54,398 bases of DNA from Planctomycetota bacterium (GTDB lineage Bacteria > Planctomycetota > JAJSAM01 > JAJVHW01): contig JAJRVY010000102.1 of the NCBI GenBank assembly GCA_024277065.1, forward strand, positions 1 to 54,398, written 5' to 3'. Below, one piece after another: positions 10,898 through 21,753 of this stretch. How positions within the stretch are numbered: the first letter of the stretch is position 1; the number at the start of each line of letters is the position of its first letter. Below the pieces are notes generated by a model. It ran no database searches, was not told the DNA's origin, and was given only the letters and a program-made list of their open reading frames with translations. The position numbers and the translations under genes are program-made.

Positions 10898-11089
10898 TTA
10901 CTTCTCCTCGAGCGCCTTCGTCGCGTCGTCCGCCGCGTCGTTCGCGGCGTCGCCCGCATCGTCGGCCTGATCGGCCGCGTGGTCCATGGCGTCGTCCAGC
11001 TTGTCGCCGGTGCTCTTCTCACCGCAACCGGTGAGTGCGAACAGTCCTGCTACGGCGAACAGCGCCGCGAATGTCATTCCCTTGCGCAT
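10898..11089 (-). CDS. Small acidic lipoprotein (63 aa)
   Basis: ATG 11089 after a CAGGAGG RBS. Lipobox LTGC followed by DDA/DAA-rich helical repeats. Confidence 0.8.
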   Translation of the reverse strand: MRKGMTFAALFAVAGLFALTGCGEKSTGDKLDDAMDHAADQADDAGDAANDAADDATKALEEK

Positions 11090-11237
11090 CGATGAACCCT
11101 CCTGAACTGCAAACGTTCTGGGTGCCGTCCCGCCACCTTCTGGCGGGCGACATCCTCCCAAGCACTCAATCCTAGCGCGCATGCGCACTGCGAACCGCGG
11201 TGTTTACGGCAAATTCGGCCCGGATCGTGCCTGACCG

Positions 11238-11951
11238 CTACCTGCTGCGGAGCTGCATGAGCAGGCGCAGGATGTAGAAGAACAGCAGCATCACGGAGGC
11301 GAAGAGTTCGACGGCCGCGCCGACGTACTGCCCGGTGCCGTAGGTGCGCAGGATCTTCGACGTGTCGTAGAGGATCGCGCCGCACGCGAACAGGATCATG
11401 GCGCCGCTGAACCAGATGCCGAGGTTCCAGCCGAAGATGACGCTGAAGATGACGCAGCCCATGGCGATGAGGCCGGCCACGGCGAGGATCGGACCGAGGA
11501 AGGAGAAGTCCTTCTTCGTGGGCATCACGAACGCGGTGAGGCCGCCGAAGGTGACGATCGTCAGCCCGGCGGCCTGCGGCAGGACGCCCGCGAACTCGGG
11601 GGCGGTCGCGGCGATCCAGAGGATCGGCGAGAAGAAGAACGCGTAGAGCCCCGCGTAGAGCACGAGCCCGAAGTACTGCACGGTGGTCGAGGCGGAGTGC
11701 GCCATGCGCGAGGCGAGCCAGCCCGCGATCATGAAGCCGCCGACGAAGAGGAACATCCCGAGCCGCCCGCCGCTGAACATCCCGAGCACCTGGGCGGCGA
11801 GCTGCGAGGTGACCATGAACCAGGCCATCGCGAGGAACAGGGAGACCGTGCCCGCGAGGTGCAGATACGTCTTGCGCAGGAATTCGAGCCGCGCATCCAG
11901 CGGCTCGTGCGCGACGGGGACCATCGTGCCGAATGCCTGCATCTGTCGCAT
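11238..11951 (-). CDS. Bax inhibitor-1/YccA family membrane protein
   Basis: ATG 11951 after GAGGAGG. RLEFLRKTYLHLAG, about 7 TM helices, TKKDFSFL, ILYDTSKI, LFASVMLLFFYILRLL. Confidence 0.92.
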   Translation of the reverse strand: MRQMQAFGTMVPVAHEPLDARLEFLRKTYLHLAGTVSLFLAMAWFMVTSQLAAQVLGMFSGGRLGMFLFVGGFMIAGWLASRMAHSASTTVQYFGLVLYAGLYAFFFSPILWIAATAPEFAGVLPQAAGLTIVTFGGLTAFVMPTKKDFSFLGPILAVAGLIAMGCVIFSVIFGWNLGIWFSGAMILFACGAILYDTSKILRTYGTGQYVGAAVELFASVMLLFFYILRLLMQLRSR

Positions 11952-12207
11952 TTTCGCCTCCTCGTCCGTCGCGCGGACCCATCGACGACGTCGCCGAACA
12001 GCGGAACGGTACCGGGCAACCGCCCGCACGACATAGTTCGACGAGGCCGGAGCACCGAATGGGAAACGCCGCTCGGAGCCTGCCCCGCGCCGTTCGTCCC
12101 GCGCCCTGGCAATCCGTCCCTTGCCGCCGGATGTGCGCGGCGCCCCCTCTATGCTCGGCACCGGGGCGCCACATCGACGCCCGCCCGTCCCCGTGAAGGA
12201 GTCGCTC

Positions 12208-13020
12208 ATGTCCGCCCGCCCGCTCGTCCCCGCTCTCGCGCTCGCAGTCGCCGCCTCCGTCCTCGTGGCCGCCACGGCGCTGTCCGGCTGCTGCTCCGAC
12301 ACGACCACCGACGGCCCGGACCTCGGCGCCGAGCTCCGCGCCCTGCGCAAGTCGCTCGATGCCTCGCGCGATGCCACCGCGCGCCTCTCCACGGAGGTCC
12401 AGCGCCAGAATCGCCGACTCAACGACCTCTCGCGACGCGTCACCGAGAACGGCGAGCGGCGACGGATGGTGGGAACACCGTCCGCGCCCGCGGCGCCCGG
12501 CCACGAAGGCGAGGCGGCCGCGGCGGGCGTGGGGAGCGACGCGAGCGCGCCCACGAGCGAGATCGCGTCCGAGGTCGCGGCCGTGCTCGCCTCGGAGGAC
12601 GGCCGCAAGGTCGTGGCGGCCGCCGCGCGGGGCGCGATCGCCGAGCGCGCGTCGCGGGAGCGTGACGCCTTCGTAGCGTACTCGCTGTCCCGCTTCGCCG
12701 ACGAGGCGGGCCTCAGCGAGACCCAGAGCCGCGAGGTGCGCAAGGTGTGGGACGACGTCATGGCGGACGCGCGCAAGATGATGCGTGACGCGGCACCGAA
12801 GCCCGGGATGACACCGGAGGAGCGGGCGCAGAAGGTGCAGGAGATCAGCGCCGGCATGCGCGATCTCGGTACGCGCCGCCAGGAGGAGATGAGGTCGATC
12901 CTCGACGACACGCAGTGGGAACTCTACGAGAAGCGCCAGGAGGACATCGACGCCGGGCTCCACGGAGCCCCGCCGCGGGGTCGCACCGAGACCGGCTCCG
13001 GCGACGCGCCGCAGCGCTGA
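12208..13020 (+). CDS. Lipoprotein with coiled coil and LTXXQ (Spy/CpxP-like) C-terminal region
   Basis: ATG 12208 after AAGGAG. Lipobox LSGC, coiled coil, GLSETQ...ILDDTQWELYEK motifs. Confidence 0.7.
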   Translation: MSARPLVPALALAVAASVLVAATALSGCCSDTTTDGPDLGAELRALRKSLDASRDATARLSTEVQRQNRRLNDLSRRVTENGERRRMVGTPSAPAAPGHEGEAAAAGVGSDASAPTSEIASEVAAVLASEDGRKVVAAAARGAIAERASRERDAFVAYSLSRFADEAGLSETQSREVRKVWDDVMADARKMMRDAAPKPGMTPEERAQKVQEISAGMRDLGTRRQEEMRSILDDTQWELYEKRQEDIDAGLHGAPPRGRTETGSGDAPQR

Positions 13021-13078
13021 CGCGAGTCACGGGCGCATCCCGCTTGTGCCGCCGGCCCGGCGCCGCGAACCTCTGGTG

Positions 13079-14125
13079 ATGGAGCAGTCCGAAGCGCACG
13101 TGGAGAACGGGGGCGAGACCGCGCTGGCGGCGCTGCGTCCGCGCGTCTGGCTCTCGTCGCTCGGCGTGTGGGCTCTCGTGGCCGTTCTCGTGACGGCGAC
13201 CGTCGTCCACACGCACTCCCGAGCGGCGGACTTCGTCGCACTACTGAGCGCGGCGCTGCCCGCGTGGATCGCGTACGTGCTGCTGACGCCCCCCGTCATC
13301 GCCCTCGACGCCTGGCTCGCGAGCCACCCACGTCCGCAATGGGTGCGAGTCGGCGCGCTGATCCTCGGCGGCGCACTGTTCGTCACGCTGCTCCACCTGC
13401 TGTCGCGCGTCGTCGGCAGCAACGCGACGATGCCGTGGTCGTGGGTCGTGTACGCCGTGCTCGTCGTGCTGGCACGCAGCAGGCGGCGACGCCGGATGCT
13501 GCGCGCGCGCGAACTCCAGGCGGAGAGTCTGCGGCGCCAGCTCGCGGAGGCGCGCGTCGCGGCACTCCAGTCGCGGCTCCAGCCGCACTTCCTGTTCAAC
13601 ACGCTGCACGCCGTCTCCGCCACGCTCGAGGACGATCCCGGGAAGGCCCGGCGCATGCTCGTGCGGCTGAGTGACCTGCTGCGCTCGGTCCTGCGGCTCG
13701 ACGCGCCGGAGGTCTCGCTCGCGAGCGACATCGAGATCCTGCGCCCCTACGTCGAGCTGCAGTCGATCCGCTTCGGGGAGCGCTTGGACGTACGCATCGA
13801 CATCCCCGACGACCTGCGCTCGTACTCCGTACCGGCGTTGCTGCTCCAGCCACTCGTCGAGAACGCCGTGACGCACGGCATCGGTCCGCGGGCGGAGGGG
13901 GGCACGATCGTCGTGACGGCGCGCGAGGAGCACGGCGTGCTGGTCGCCTGCGTCAGCGACGACGGCGTGGGGCCGCCTGCGGACGGCGCGCGAGAGGGAA
14001 TCGGCCTCGGCAACCTGAGGGAACGCCTCGACACGCTCTACGGCCCGGCGGCGCGTCTCACGATCGCGCCCGCTGCGCCGCGCGGCACGCGCGTCGAGGT
14101 CCACATCCCGGAGCGCGCGCCATGA
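13079..14125 (+). CDS. LytS/YehU family sensor histidine kinase
   Basis: N-terminal TM helices, LQSRLQPHFLFNTLH H-box, LLLQPLVENAVTHG, VSDDGVG, GIGLGNLRERL. Confidence 0.93.
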   Translation: MEQSEAHVENGGETALAALRPRVWLSSLGVWALVAVLVTATVVHTHSRAADFVALLSAALPAWIAYVLLTPPVIALDAWLASHPRPQWVRVGALILGGALFVTLLHLLSRVVGSNATMPWSWVVYAVLVVLARSRRRRRMLRARELQAESLRRQLAEARVAALQSRLQPHFLFNTLHAVSATLEDDPGKARRMLVRLSDLLRSVLRLDAPEVSLASDIEILRPYVELQSIRFGERLDVRIDIPDDLRSYSVPALLLQPLVENAVTHGIGPRAEGGTIVVTAREEHGVLVACVSDDGVGPPADGAREGIGLGNLRERLDTLYGPAARLTIAPAAPRGTRVEVHIPERAP

Positions 14126-14877
14126 CGGCCATGGCGCGCGTGCTCCTCGTGGACGACGAGCGCCTGGCGCGCGACGAGGTCCGGCGACACCTCGGCCGGC
14201 ATGCCGGAATCGAGATCGTCGGCGAGGCCACGGACGGCGCGGCGGCGGTCGAGAGCATCGTGCTCCTGGCGCCCGACATCGTGTTCCTCGACATCGAGAT
14301 GCCGGAACTGGACGGCTTCGAGGTGCTCCAGGCGGTCCCGGACGACGAACGCCCGGTGGTGGTGTTCGTCACGGCCTACGACGAGTTCGCCCTGCGCGCG
14401 TTCGAGGCGCGCGCCGTGGACTACCTGCTGAAGCCATTCGACGAGGAGCGCTTCGACGCGGCCCTCGCCCGCGCTCTCGTCCACGTCCACGGCCGGGCCG
14501 CGGCGCTCGGCGAGCTCTTGACCGACGTCGCGCGCGCCGGCCACCGGCCGACGCGCATCGCGGCCCGCGCCGGGCGCCGTTTCCACCTTCTGGACGTCGC
14601 CGACATCGAGCGCCTCGAGGCGTCACGCAACTACGTCCTCGTGCACACCGCCGGCGGCGAGTACCTGACGCGCACGACGCTGACGTCGCTCGCGGAGCGG
14701 CTCGACCCGGGCGAGTTCCTGCGCATCCACCGCAGTCACGTCGTGCGCATCGAGTCCGTCGCAGCTCTCGATCGCGCGAGTTCCGGCGACCTCGATGTGC
14801 GCCTGCGCGACGGCACCACGCTGCCCGTCGCCCGCAGCAAGCGAAGCCAGGTGCTCGAACGGTTCCAGGCCCTCTGA
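14122..14877 (+). CDS. LytTR family response regulator
   Basis: Receiver domain (LVDDE, FLDIEMPELDG, FVTAYDEFA, DYLLKP) plus LytTR domain (FLRIHRSHVV). ATGA overlap with the kinase gene. Confidence 0.95.
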   Translation: MTAMARVLLVDDERLARDEVRRHLGRHAGIEIVGEATDGAAAVESIVLLAPDIVFLDIEMPELDGFEVLQAVPDDERPVVVFVTAYDEFALRAFEARAVDYLLKPFDEERFDAALARALVHVHGRAAALGELLTDVARAGHRPTRIAARAGRRFHLLDVADIERLEASRNYVLVHTAGGEYLTRTTLTSLAERLDPGEFLRIHRSHVVRIESVAALDRASSGDLDVRLRDGTTLPVARSKRSQVLERFQAL

Positions 14878-15019
14878 GGTCCGCGATCGGGAAGGGACGT
14901 GGCAGACCACGGGGACCGCGAGTCTGCTCGCATCTTCCGCCCCCCCCCCTCCGTGTGCGGCGCCCGGGCGTCGCAGCGAACGAGTACGCCCGCCATCCGT
15001 TAGCCCGGGAGGAGAGCCC

Positions 15020-16562
15020 GTGCGCCGCACTCTGACGATCTGTCTATTCGCGACCTGTCTCGTCGCCGCCGGTTCGGTGACCACCGCGCAGGTGCGCGCG
15101 GGCGGGTTCGAGCCGGTCGTCGTGCCCGACCGCAAGGGGCGTGACACGCTGTACGCATGGCTCAGTACGATCGGCTACCCCGACGGCGTCGGCACCGAGA
15201 CCGTCGTGCTGCGATCGCGGGCGAACGAACTGGCGTTCGTCGTGGGCGACAGCGACGAGAGCCTGGATCTGTTCTCCGTGGACGGCGCGGCTGTGACGAT
15301 CACGCGCGCCGACGCAGACGGTACACCCGAGCGCGCTGCGGGTGCAGCTCATCGCCGAACTCGGCGGCGCCGAGGACGACAGCGTCACCGACGTGCTGCG
15401 GGGCGAGTGCGCCGCGGACCGTCCGTTCGCCGTGCGGCAGATCGCCGCGCAGCGACTGCGTCCCCGCGACCCTCGGGCGGCCCGGCAGATCGTCCTGGAT
15501 CTCTGGCGCACGGACGCGGGGCCGATCGCCATCGACTATCCGGCCGCGCAGGCGGTGGTCGTGGAGCACCAGGATCGCGAGAGCGCGTGGAGTCGTCTGA
15601 TTCCGGATCTCGTCGCGACGGAGGCGTGGAGCGCAATCGCGATGGAACTGCCGCAGAAGACCCCGTGGACGCGCGTCCACGTGCTGCGACAGATCGCCAC
15701 CTCGGCACCTGCGCCACTCGCGGAGCGAGCCGTGGCGGAGATGCTGCTCGACGGCCTGCTCGACGGAAGCGAGCTGCCGGACGCCGTGGGCACGGGCGAC
15801 ATCGGGAACTGCCCGGACCCGCGCGTCTGCGACGTCATCGGCACAGCACTGGCCGGACGCGGCGACGCGGTCGCCACGCTCCGCTCGTTCCCCGCTCTCG
15901 CTGCGCGTGAAGACCGTGATATCGCCTTCGCTACGGCGCGCGCCGCCCTGCGCTCGGCGCTCGGGCAGGAGCCGCGCCCCACGCCCACCGCGTTCCGCGT
16001 CACGCCTCTCGCCGACGCCGACGTGGCGCCTCTCGCGCTTGCCTGCCGGACCGGCGATCTCGCTGCGCAGGATCGTGCAGAGGACGCGATCGCCGCCGCG
16101 GGCCTGCCCGCACTGCCGCCACTGCGGCGCGCGTTCGGGGCGCTCACGAGCGGCGTTCCGGGCCGGCGTGCGTTCGCGCGCGCACTGTCGCGGCTCGCCA
16201 CGACGGTGGGCCGCGTGATCGTGCGCCCGGACGTGGACGAACACGTCGCTGCGGCCGTCTTGCCTCTCGCTGACCGGCCACTGGACGTTCGCGCACTCGT
16301 CGCGTCGTTGCGGGCGCTGCTCGACGACGGCCGTGCTCTCACGCTCTTGGTGCATCGACCGGCGGACGGCACCGGCGTCACGATCGTGGTCGCGGCGCCC
16401 GCGACGTCCCAGCGCTACCGGCTGGAGATGAACGGTGCGCACGGCCGGTCATCCCACCGCAACTTGGATGAGGCTGCCTGGGACCGTGTGGAGGAGGAGC
16501 TGCGCGCAGCGGTCACGACGCCCCACGACACGGGCTGGGCGGTTCGCATTCGGCTGCGCTGA
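15020..16562 (+). pseudogene. Secreted hypothetical protein with HEAT-like region, split by a frame change near 15300-15345
   Basis: GTG 15020 after GGAGGAG gives a signal peptide and about 100 protein-like residues, then that frame becomes Arg-rich nonsense. Protein-like coding continues in another frame (ALRVQLIAELGG...RVCDVIGTALA) to the stop at 16562. Confidence 0.55.
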
Positions 16563-16629
16563 CGCCGGCTCGCGGAACCCTGTGCGCCTCCACTCACGGC
16601 GTTCCCCTGACGGCGCAGGCACGACCTTC

Positions 16630-19539
16630 TCAGACCATCTGGCGCGCCATCATGCGAGCGAACGGTCCCTCGCTCGCGGTGAGTTCCTCGAAGGTGCCCT
16701 GCTGCACGATGCAGCCCTCGTCGAGCACGTAGATGCGGCTCGCGCTGCGGACCGTGCTGAGGAGGTGCGCGATGACGATGCGCGTCACGCTGCGCCGCGC
16801 GAGGCTCTCGCCCACGACGCTCTGCGTGCGATTGTCGAGCGCGCTGGTGGCCTCGTCGAAGAGCAGGATGCAGGGGCGCACGACGAGCGCACGGGCGATC
16901 AACAGCCGCTGACGCTGCCCGCCGGAGAGGTTGCCGCCACCTTCGCTGACCACGGTGTGCAGGCCCATGGGCATCTGTGCGAGGTCGCTCTCGAGGCCCG
17001 CGTCGCGCGCCGCCTCCATGGCCTCGTCGAGAGACACGAGACTGCCGCACGCGATGTTGTCGTAGATGGACCCGGTGTTCAGCCGCCCCGACTGCAGGAC
17101 GACGCCGAGCTGCCTGCGCACGGCGGTGACGTCCAGGCCCGCGACGTCCTGGCCGTCGAACAGCACGGCGCCAGACTCCGGTGCTTCGAAGCCCAGGAGC
17201 AGCCGGAAGACCGTGGACTTGCCGCTGCCCGACGGGCCGACCAGGGCGATGAACTCGCCGGGCTCCGCCCGCAGGCTGATGTCGTCGAGGATCTTCGGTC
17301 CGTCGTCGCGGTAGCGGAAGACGATGCGCTCCAGCTCGACGCGGCCGGCCAGTCGTCCGGGGTCGGACTTCGAAGGGTCCACCTCCGGCTGCGCCTCGAG
17401 GATCGGGCGAATGCGCTTGCCGCGCGTCATCGTGTCCAGCATCCCGATGATCGTGTTGCTGAGCGACGTCGCGCCGCCGAGGAACGTCCCGAACGCCGCG
17501 TTGAACGCCAGGAACGTGCCGATGCTGAGCGGCTTCGCCGCGCCCTCGGCGAGCATCTGGCCGTAGCCGAACCAGAACAGCGAGATCGTGCCGAGCGTGG
17601 GCACGACGCCGTTGAAGATCACGACGTAGTCCTCGAGCCGCTGCGCGGCGAACATCACCCGGAGTTGTTCGGTGTAGCGCCGCACCCACGTCGTGTACGC
17701 GCGCTGTTCCGCGCCGGCGACGCGCAGTTTCGAGACGCCGCCCACGAGCTGGATGACGAGCCCGTAGAACGCCCCGCGCAGGTCCTCGAGGACGATGATC
17801 TTGCGCCGCACGGCCGCGCCGAACGACGCCGTGACGGCGAGGGCGACGGCCGTCACCACGACGGCGATGAGAGCGAGTTTCGCGCTGTAGTAGAGGAGCA
17901 GCCCCAGGTTGAGGAGTGCCAGGAAGCTCGTGAAGATGGTCCGCAGGGTCGCGCCGTTCAGCTCGCGGCCGACGTCGTTCGCGGCCAGCGCGCGGGACTG
18001 CAGGTCCCCCGATGAGTACTTCCTGAAGAACGACGGCTTGAGCGAGAGGAGGCGGTCCCAGACGGCCGCCTGGCTCGCGGCCTCGGTGCCCAGCCCGAGG
18101 CGCATGCTCACGACGCCCTCGGCGAGCGCGAAGACGGCCTGGCCGAAGGCCGCCGCGGCGAGCGCCAATCCCAGTTCCAGCAGCAGCCGGACGTTGGCCT
18201 CCGGGATGGCCTGATCCATCAGGAGCGCGGTGGCCTGCGGTGTGAGCATGCCCAGCAACGTGGCCGCCGTGCCGGTCATCAGGATGAACGCCAGATCACG
18301 TCCGCGGCCCGCCAGGGAGAAGCGCACGAGATCCCACAGAGTGAGCTTCCGTGCCGGGAGCGGGCGATACAGCATCACCGCCTCGGGATCGAGGGTCGCC
18401 GCCGTCGCTGCGTCCACCGGCGTCCGCTCGCGCGTCACCGGATCGAAGATCTCGTAGCGCTGGCGCCGCCCCTGGAGCAGTGCCAGCGGGCGCCGCTCTT
18501 CGTCCGCCGAGTACGCCACGAGAGGCCCGCAGTCCTGCCGCCACCACGCGCCCGAGAGCAGCACGCGACGGGTGCGCACGCGCGAGGCGCGGGCGATCGC
18601 GTCGAGCGGATCGGCCACGCGACCCATGTCCTCGGATCGCCCGGGGGGCTTGATCTCGACGCCCAGCGCGTCGCCGACGGCCGTGAGCACGGTGAGCAGC
18701 GACGTGTCGCAGGTGGCCGGGACGTCACGGGGATCCAGCACCGCTGCGAGATCCTCCAGCGCCGCGTCGGTCAGGTGTGCCTGGCGCCGACCACGCTCCT
18801 GCAATCGCCTGCGCTCGGCGTCGTCGGCGGCCAGCGCCTCACGCTGGAGATGCGCGAGCACGATGCGGTCGAGGTGCGAGAGTGCGGCGACGAGCTCCGC
18901 CGCGTCCGTGAGGGAGTTCGTGGCGCGCGCGCGCACGGTGGCCGCTCCCGCGGCGGTCACCCACATCGGTGAGCCGACGGGAAGCACGCCGTCACCGGCG
19001 GCGAGAGGCATCTCCGCGGCGCCCATGCAGTGCACCGTGCCCCGCTCGACGGCCATCCAGGCGACGCGGTCACTCGCGGGACGCAGGCACTGGCCGTCGT
19101 CCAGCGCAACCGCGCCGTCGTCCTCGACCTTCCGCGTGACGACGGGCGGCTCGAAGCCCGTGAGCAGTCGTCCGACGCGGTTCACCCACTGCTCGATGCG
19201 CGTCACGAACGGCGCCGGCAGAGTGCCACTGCGGCCGCGCGCCGTCGCGAGCGGCACGTCGCGCAGGCGCGCGGCCGCAGCGGCCACGGCGATGAGGCGC
19301 AACCGACGACCGGGCGCGCCCGGCACGGAGATCAGGGGCTCGCCCGCGCCGACGCGGAACAGGAAGCGCCGCGGCCCGACGGCGACGCCGCCGTCCGTCT
19401 CGGCGCAGAAGACCGCGACCGTGCCCGAGACGACGACGTGCATCGTGCCCGCACCATCCAGCAACAGGGGTTCGTTGCCGACCAGGGCGCGCTCGTCCTC
19501 GCCCGTGCCGGAGTCGCGCCGATCGGGGGCCGAGGTCAC
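16630..19539 (-). CDS. NHLP/Nif11 peptide export ABC transporter, permease/ATPase subunit without peptidase (TIGR03797-like)
   Basis: GTG 19539 overlaps the upstream stop. Long N-terminal region, IARASRVRTRRVLLSGAWWRQDCGPL, TM domain, GPSGSGKST, LSGGQRQRL, FDEATSALDN. Confidence 0.92.
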   Translation of the reverse strand: MTSAPDRRDSGTGEDERALVGNEPLLLDGAGTMHVVVSGTVAVFCAETDGGVAVGPRRFLFRVGAGEPLISVPGAPGRRLRLIAVAAAAARLRDVPLATARGRSGTLPAPFVTRIEQWVNRVGRLLTGFEPPVVTRKVEDDGAVALDDGQCLRPASDRVAWMAVERGTVHCMGAAEMPLAAGDGVLPVGSPMWVTAAGAATVRARATNSLTDAAELVAALSHLDRIVLAHLQREALAADDAERRRLQERGRRQAHLTDAALEDLAAVLDPRDVPATCDTSLLTVLTAVGDALGVEIKPPGRSEDMGRVADPLDAIARASRVRTRRVLLSGAWWRQDCGPLVAYSADEERRPLALLQGRRQRYEIFDPVTRERTPVDAATAATLDPEAVMLYRPLPARKLTLWDLVRFSLAGRGRDLAFILMTGTAATLLGMLTPQATALLMDQAIPEANVRLLLELGLALAAAAFGQAVFALAEGVVSMRLGLGTEAASQAAVWDRLLSLKPSFFRKYSSGDLQSRALAANDVGRELNGATLRTIFTSFLALLNLGLLLYYSAKLALIAVVVTAVALAVTASFGAAVRRKIIVLEDLRGAFYGLVIQLVGGVSKLRVAGAEQRAYTTWVRRYTEQLRVMFAAQRLEDYVVIFNGVVPTLGTISLFWFGYGQMLAEGAAKPLSIGTFLAFNAAFGTFLGGATSLSNTIIGMLDTMTRGKRIRPILEAQPEVDPSKSDPGRLAGRVELERIVFRYRDDGPKILDDISLRAEPGEFIALVGPSGSGKSTVFRLLLGFEAPESGAVLFDGQDVAGLDVTAVRRQLGVVLQSGRLNTGSIYDNIACGSLVSLDEAMEAARDAGLESDLAQMPMGLHTVVSEGGGNLSGGQRQRLLIARALVVRPCILLFDEATSALDNRTQSVVGESLARRSVTRIVIAHLLSTVRSASRIYVLDEGCIVQQGTFEELTASEGPFARMMARQMV

Positions 19540-21749
19540 GGCGCCTCCCCGGCGCCGTCGGCCGTGCGCAGCAGCGCGGCGTAGGTGCCGCCACGCCGCC
19601 ACAACTCATCGTGCGTGCCACGTTCGACGACCTTGCCGCGATCGAGCACGATGATCTCGTCGCAGTCGCGAATCGTGCTGAGGCGATGGGCGACGACGAT
19701 GCAGGAGCAGCCCCGCAGCCGCAGTCGATCGGAGATGTTGCGCTCGGTCTCCGCGTCGAGGGCGCTGGTCGCCTCGTCGAGGACCAGGATCGTCGGGTCA
19801 CCGACGAGCGCACGCGCGATCTCGAGCCGCTGGCGCTGTCCACCGCTGAGCGTGTTGCCGCCCTCGCCGAGTTCGCTGTCGAGGCCTCCCGGCAACGAGC
19901 GCACGACATCGTGGATGTCCGCGTCGCGACACGCACGGACGAGCGTCTCCTCGGGAACCGTCGCGTCCCACAGCGTCAGGTTGTCGCGCACGGATCCGCC
20001 GAAGAGCGAGATGTCCTGATCGACCAGCGCGAGCGAGTTGTGGACCAGATCGCGCGGCACGTCCTCGCGCCGCGTCCCGTCGAGCAGGATCTCGCCCGAC
20101 CACGGCGAGAAGAGGCCGCAGATGATCTTGGCGATCGTGGACTTGCCGGACCCGCTGCCACCCACGAGCGCCACGCGCTGGCCGGGTTTGAGCACGAAGC
20201 CGAAGTCCTCGATGAGAGGGGGATCGAGAGGGCTGTAGCCGAACGTGACACCACGGAGCTCGATGGCCCCGCGCAGGCGCACGCGATCGGTGAGCGCTGC
20301 GGGCGCGGCGGACTCCTGCGGCTCGCCCGGCGCGGACGGATCGACCGAGTGGGCCAGCACGTCGTCGAGACGGGCCATGTCGCCGTGCAGTTCCTGGATC
20401 GTGCTGCCGAGTCCCACGAGGCTGTTCACGGGTCCGAGGAAGCTGAACATGAGGCTCTGGAAGGCCACGAGCATGCCGATGGTCAGGGCGCCGTCGATCA
20501 CGCGGTATCCGCCGACGACCAGGATGAGCAGCGTGGCCAGCCCGGTGAGCAGTGACGGCACGACGCCCAGCGCCTGGTTGGCGGTCTCGATCTCCTGCCG
20601 TGCGTTGGACGCGTTCGCGTAGTAGCCGTTCAGCTTGGCGAAGAAGCCCGACTCCTGGCCCGACGACTTGATCGTCTCCATGCTCTGCAACCCGGCGATG
20701 GCGGCGCCACCGACCTTGCCGTACTCCTGCAACAGACGCATGTTCGCCTCGACACGCCGTGACGAGAGCACCTTGAGCAACAGCACGTTCAGCAGCGCGA
20801 AGGCGATGCCGATGAGCGTCAGCACACCGTCGTAGAGGAACATCATCGCGGCGTAGAAGACGAGCATCACGACGTCGATGACGGTCGATGCGAGCTGCCC
20901 GGAAAGTACGTCGGCGACCTTGTCGTTGAGCTCCGTCCGGGACGTGATCTCGCCCGCGTAGCGCTGGGAGTAGAACTCCGCGGGCAGCCGTAGCAGGTGC
21001 CAGAAGAACTTCGCCGACATGCGCACGGACAGCGCGAGCTTGAGGCGCCGCAGGTAGCGCAGTTGCAGGAAACGCAGCGAGCCCTGCATCAACACGGTGC
21101 CGCACATGGCCACGACCAGCGGCCGCAGCCACTCCGAGCGTCCCTCGGCGAGCACGTTGTCGAGGAACACCTGCATGAACGCCGGCACGGCGAGGCCGGG
21201 GATGACGAGCAGGAACCCCGCCAGCACGCAGTACCAAACGGCCGCGTGGTTGCCGTGAAGCCGCTCGCGCAGCGCGGGCAGCATGCGGGGCCGGCGGCCG
21301 CCCTTCTCGAAGTCCGGTCCGGGGGACATGACGAGCGTGACGCCCGTGAACCCCTCGTCGAACTCCTCGAGCGTCACGGTTCGGTGGCCCACCGCAGGGT
21401 CGTTGAGGAAGACCTTGTCCTTCCCGAAGCCCTCCACGACGACGAAGTGGTTGAAGTGCCAGAAGATGATGTACGGGAGTTCCACGTCGCGCAGCGACTC
21501 GACGCTCTTCGAGAAGCCCTTCGCGTTCAGCCCGTAGCGCCGCGCCGCCTTGACGACGTTGGACGCGCGGGAGCCGTCGCGCGAGACGCCGCACTCCCGG
21601 CGCAGTTCGGCCAGCGGCACGATGCGGCCGTGATGGCCGAGGATCATGCCGAGAGCCGCCGCGCCGCACTCGACGGCCTCCATCTGGATGACCGTCGGCG
21701 TGGACCGCCGCCGTGGCACCGCACGCGACCTGTCGGTCAGGAAGGGCAA
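19536..21749 (-). CDS. NHLP/Nif11 peptide export ABC transporter with C39 peptidase (PCAT, TIGR03796-like)
   Basis: TPTVIQMEAVECGAAAL (catalytic Cys), CGVSRDGS, FWHFNHFVVVEG (catalytic His), NDPA, TM domain, GGSGSGKST, LSGGQRQRLEIARAL. Confidence 0.95.
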   Translation of the reverse strand: MPFLTDRSRAVPRRRSTPTVIQMEAVECGAAALGMILGHHGRIVPLAELRRECGVSRDGSRASNVVKAARRYGLNAKGFSKSVESLRDVELPYIIFWHFNHFVVVEGFGKDKVFLNDPAVGHRTVTLEEFDEGFTGVTLVMSPGPDFEKGGRRPRMLPALRERLHGNHAAVWYCVLAGFLLVIPGLAVPAFMQVFLDNVLAEGRSEWLRPLVVAMCGTVLMQGSLRFLQLRYLRRLKLALSVRMSAKFFWHLLRLPAEFYSQRYAGEITSRTELNDKVADVLSGQLASTVIDVVMLVFYAAMMFLYDGVLTLIGIAFALLNVLLLKVLSSRRVEANMRLLQEYGKVGGAAIAGLQSMETIKSSGQESGFFAKLNGYYANASNARQEIETANQALGVVPSLLTGLATLLILVVGGYRVIDGALTIGMLVAFQSLMFSFLGPVNSLVGLGSTIQELHGDMARLDDVLAHSVDPSAPGEPQESAAPAALTDRVRLRGAIELRGVTFGYSPLDPPLIEDFGFVLKPGQRVALVGGSGSGKSTIAKIICGLFSPWSGEILLDGTRREDVPRDLVHNSLALVDQDISLFGGSVRDNLTLWDATVPEETLVRACRDADIHDVVRSLPGGLDSELGEGGNTLSGGQRQRLEIARALVGDPTILVLDEATSALDAETERNISDRLRLRGCSCIVVAHRLSTIRDCDEIIVLDRGKVVERGTHDELWRRGGTYAALLRTADGAGEAP

Positions 21750-21753
21750 GCAG

